DNA from: Bdellovibrionales bacterium | GTDB taxonomy: Bacteria > Bdellovibrionota > Bdellovibrionia > Bdellovibrionales > UBA1609 | NCBI GenBank assembly: GCA_965205945.1 | Contig: CBDBIB010000001.1 | Coordinates: 128,001 to 192,000, forward strand | DNA: 64,000 nt | Direction: 5' to 3' | Shown here: in pieces, positions 61,852 through 64,000 of the stretch | How positions within the stretch are numbered: the stretch's first letter is position 1 | Layout of the letters: the number at the start of each line of letters is the position of its first letter | Notes under the pieces: model-generated | Told to the model about the DNA's origin: nothing | Database searches by the model: none | The model's input: only the letters and a program-made list of their open reading frames with translations | Made by a program: the position numbers and the translations under genes

Positions 61852-62280
61852 ATGGATAACAAACGTAGACGTGGATATTGGATACCAGTTGTAACAGCAA
61901 TGATGCGACGCGGAGATGAGGTTTTATTAGGGCTTCGTCCTGAAGGTCATAACCTTGCAGGCTTTTGGGAATTTCCTGGTGGGAAAGTTGAACCTAAAGA
62001 AGAACCTGAAAAAGCACTAAAACGTGAACTTAATGAAGAACTTGGAATTGATGCTGAAATTGGAACTATTAGATTCATAGGAGTCCACTCTTATGGCAAT
62101 ACTGGTATCTTACTTTTATTCTATGAGGTTCCCTACTGGAAAGGCGAGCCTAAAACAGTTCATCATGATGGGCTAAAATGGGTTAAAATATCTGAACTCA
62201 AAAATGAACACCTTCCTGAAGTAAATATAAAACTTTTAGATAAAATTACTTATGCACTTAATAACCCTGTGAGCTCATAA
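61852..62280 (+). CDS. mutT: NUDIX hydrolase, MutT-like
   Basis: WEFPGGKVEPKEEPEKALKRELNEELG. Confidence 0.85.
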   Translation: MDNKRRRGYWIPVVTAMMRRGDEVLLGLRPEGHNLAGFWEFPGGKVEPKEEPEKALKRELNEELGIDAEIGTIRFIGVHSYGNTGILLLFYEVPYWKGEPKTVHHDGLKWVKISELKNEHLPEVNIKLLDKITYALNNPVSS

Positions 62281-63524
62281 TGAACTTTCATGTTTGCTTT
62301 GTAGGAAGAAATTTTCCTTTAATGAGTAAGACTTCAGATCAAGAAAATATTTGGCCTATTGCTGAAAAACTCTCAGAAATGGATGTGACTGTCTCCATTA
62401 TAACTCATAAAGCACCTTCAAATAAAATAACAATCAGACATAAAAATATTACTGTATATTTTGTCACTAATAACAATAACTTTTTATCAAAAAATGATTT
62501 TCCAAAAGAAGCTCTTAAAAAACTTAAGACAATACACAATGCTCATAAAATAGACCATGTGCACAGTCTTGACACTCCTTTAAGAAAATTTAAATCTTTT
62601 TTAAACCCTTGCAAACCAAGTCTAAGCTACGGTGTTCAGGTCTCTAAAATAGAAGAGATGTTTAGCCTTCTCTCTGTTGATGACAGTCTTACAGGGCTCT
62701 TAAAATCAAACCTACTAAATCCAATAATATTTTTAAAAAAATATTTTTTTAAAGACTACTTTACTCTAAGAGAGGCTCAAGGCATTTTAGTCAGCAGCCC
62801 AAAACAAGCCCTAAGCTTAGAACGTTATTATTTATATCCCCCAAATAGGATTTTTAAAATCCCATTAGACTCCTATGTAAGTGATTTAGTTTTAAGAAAA
62901 AAATCTAAAAAACTTTTAACTCAATTTAATCTCATCTTATCTACACCAATTATAGCCACCTCTTCTAACATGCAAAAACCTGATGAGCTCTTTTATCTCC
63001 TAGACGTTTTTGAGCAAATCGCTTTAATTCACCCTAAAGCAAAACTCCTAGTTATTGGAAACGGCCCTTGCTTTAAAGATATTGAGCAAACTGTTCTCTT
63101 AAAAGCCCTGGATTCTAGAGTGATTTTTACAAAAAATGTTCCAAAATCTCAACTTCCAGACTATGTATCCTTGTCTAATATCTTTATAAATATTAACTAT
63201 GCAACTTCAGGCTTTGGTCCAACACTCATTGAAGCTATGGCTCAAGAAAAAATTATCATAGGATCTGAGTTTAGCCCAATTTCATCTATAATCGATAATG
63301 GTAAAAATGGCTTTCTTATACGCCCTGGTGAAACTGCTAAATGTGTAAACCTTATTGATCAAGTATTTACAGAATCTATAGATGTAGAAAATATTGGCAA
63401 ACATGCTAGAGAAGACATAAAAAAAATACTCAACCAAGACCAACTTACAGAAAAAACACTAAAAGCCTTTAAAAAAATCAATTCTAAAGGGTTCAAGCTT
63501 TTCTCAATCCCATTTTTCAACTAG
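62280..63524 (+). CDS. GT4 family glycosyltransferase
   Basis: LLVIGNGP, GFGPTLIEAMAQ, IIDNGKNGFL. Confidence 0.82.
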   Translation: MNFHVCFVGRNFPLMSKTSDQENIWPIAEKLSEMDVTVSIITHKAPSNKITIRHKNITVYFVTNNNNFLSKNDFPKEALKKLKTIHNAHKIDHVHSLDTPLRKFKSFLNPCKPSLSYGVQVSKIEEMFSLLSVDDSLTGLLKSNLLNPIIFLKKYFFKDYFTLREAQGILVSSPKQALSLERYYLYPPNRIFKIPLDSYVSDLVLRKKSKKLLTQFNLILSTPIIATSSNMQKPDELFYLLDVFEQIALIHPKAKLLVIGNGPCFKDIEQTVLLKALDSRVIFTKNVPKSQLPDYVSLSNIFININYATSGFGPTLIEAMAQEKIIIGSEFSPISSIIDNGKNGFLIRPGETAKCVNLIDQVFTESIDVENIGKHAREDIKKILNQDQLTEKTLKAFKKINSKGFKLFSIPFFN

Positions 63525-63534
63525 AATATTAACA

Positions 63535-63810
63535 ATGACCAAAGCTGAAATAATCCAACTTCTCTCTGAAAAACACAAAATTACAAAAGCAAAGGCTGAT
63601 ATTGTAGTAGATACAGTTTTTAATTCTATTATTTCCTCACTAGTTCATGATGGTCGTACAGAGATCAGAGGCTTTGGAACTTTTGTAAATCGTGATTATG
63701 AGGCCAGAAAAGGACGAAACCCTAAGACAGGTGATGTTATTAATGTTGCAGCAAAAAAACTTCCTTTCTTTAAAGCCGGAAAAGAACTCAAAGGTGACCT
63801 TAATAAATAG
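63535..63810 (+). CDS. HU/IHF family DNA-binding protein (IHF-beta-like)
   Basis: MTKAEII, EIRGFGTF, GRNPKTG, PFFKAGKELK. Confidence 0.93.
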   Translation: MTKAEIIQLLSEKHKITKAKADIVVDTVFNSIISSLVHDGRTEIRGFGTFVNRDYEARKGRNPKTGDVINVAAKKLPFFKAGKELKGDLNK

Positions 63811-63868
63811 TATGTATCATTTCATTATGGTTAATACGCTTATCTTTTAAAATAATTTATTTATTTTT

Positions 63869-64000
63869 TTATCTTAAAACTAAACTCAAAATATTTGATT
63901 TTGGAAGTAGACTTCCTGGGGGTGGTTGCATAGATTTAATTTTACCATTACCTGAAATTTTAAAAATAAGTTTCGTATCTTTAACCGTCTGAATAGCTTC
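63869..64000 (-). CDS. C-terminal PASTA-like domain of a gene running off the window (possibly FtsI)
   Basis: Not in the ORF track. The minus strand reads EAIQTVKDTKLIFKISGNGKIKSMQPPPGSLLPKSNILSLVLR*, matching the PASTA pattern G.G.(I/V)..QP..G. Confidence 0.6.
   Translation of the reverse strand, partial: EAIQTVKDTKLIFKISGNGKIKSMQPPPGSLLPKSNILSLVLR

Overview
AT-rich bacterial chromosomal window, densely coding and mostly housekeeping. The gene set points to Bdellovibrionota by inference: mreC-mreD-mrdA-rodA divergent from ppiD with no mreB, a REC-DnaJ protein, two secreted subtilases, a secreted HEXXH protein and several outer-membrane proteins. Core genes include pyrC, nrdR-nusB, cysS, thiL, lptF, trxA, epmA, rlmI, pepA, fbaB-lysS-recG, serA, rimP-nusA-infB-rbfA-truB, rlmN, gdhA-pyrD and ihfB/HU. 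I found no tRNA, rRNA, CRISPR array, transposase, integrase or reverse transcriptase. The most notable observations are: (1) an acidic, probably acquired seven-repeat FG-GAP (integrin-alpha-like) lipoprotein with mosaic near-identical repeats, plus an unannotated decayed copy of its last repeat about 9.6 kb away; (2) a ~17 kb block with inverted GC skew whose left edge falls right after an lptF lacking lptG; (3) a T10 tract that frameshifts a signal peptide; (4) a YceI gene whose start codon is ATA; (5) an NrdR with several GC-to-AT changes at normally invariant residues. Points 3-5 and the remnant-like spacers suggest ongoing genome erosion. No clearly new multi-gene system is demonstrated; the FG-GAP repeat/remnant pair is the best candidate.
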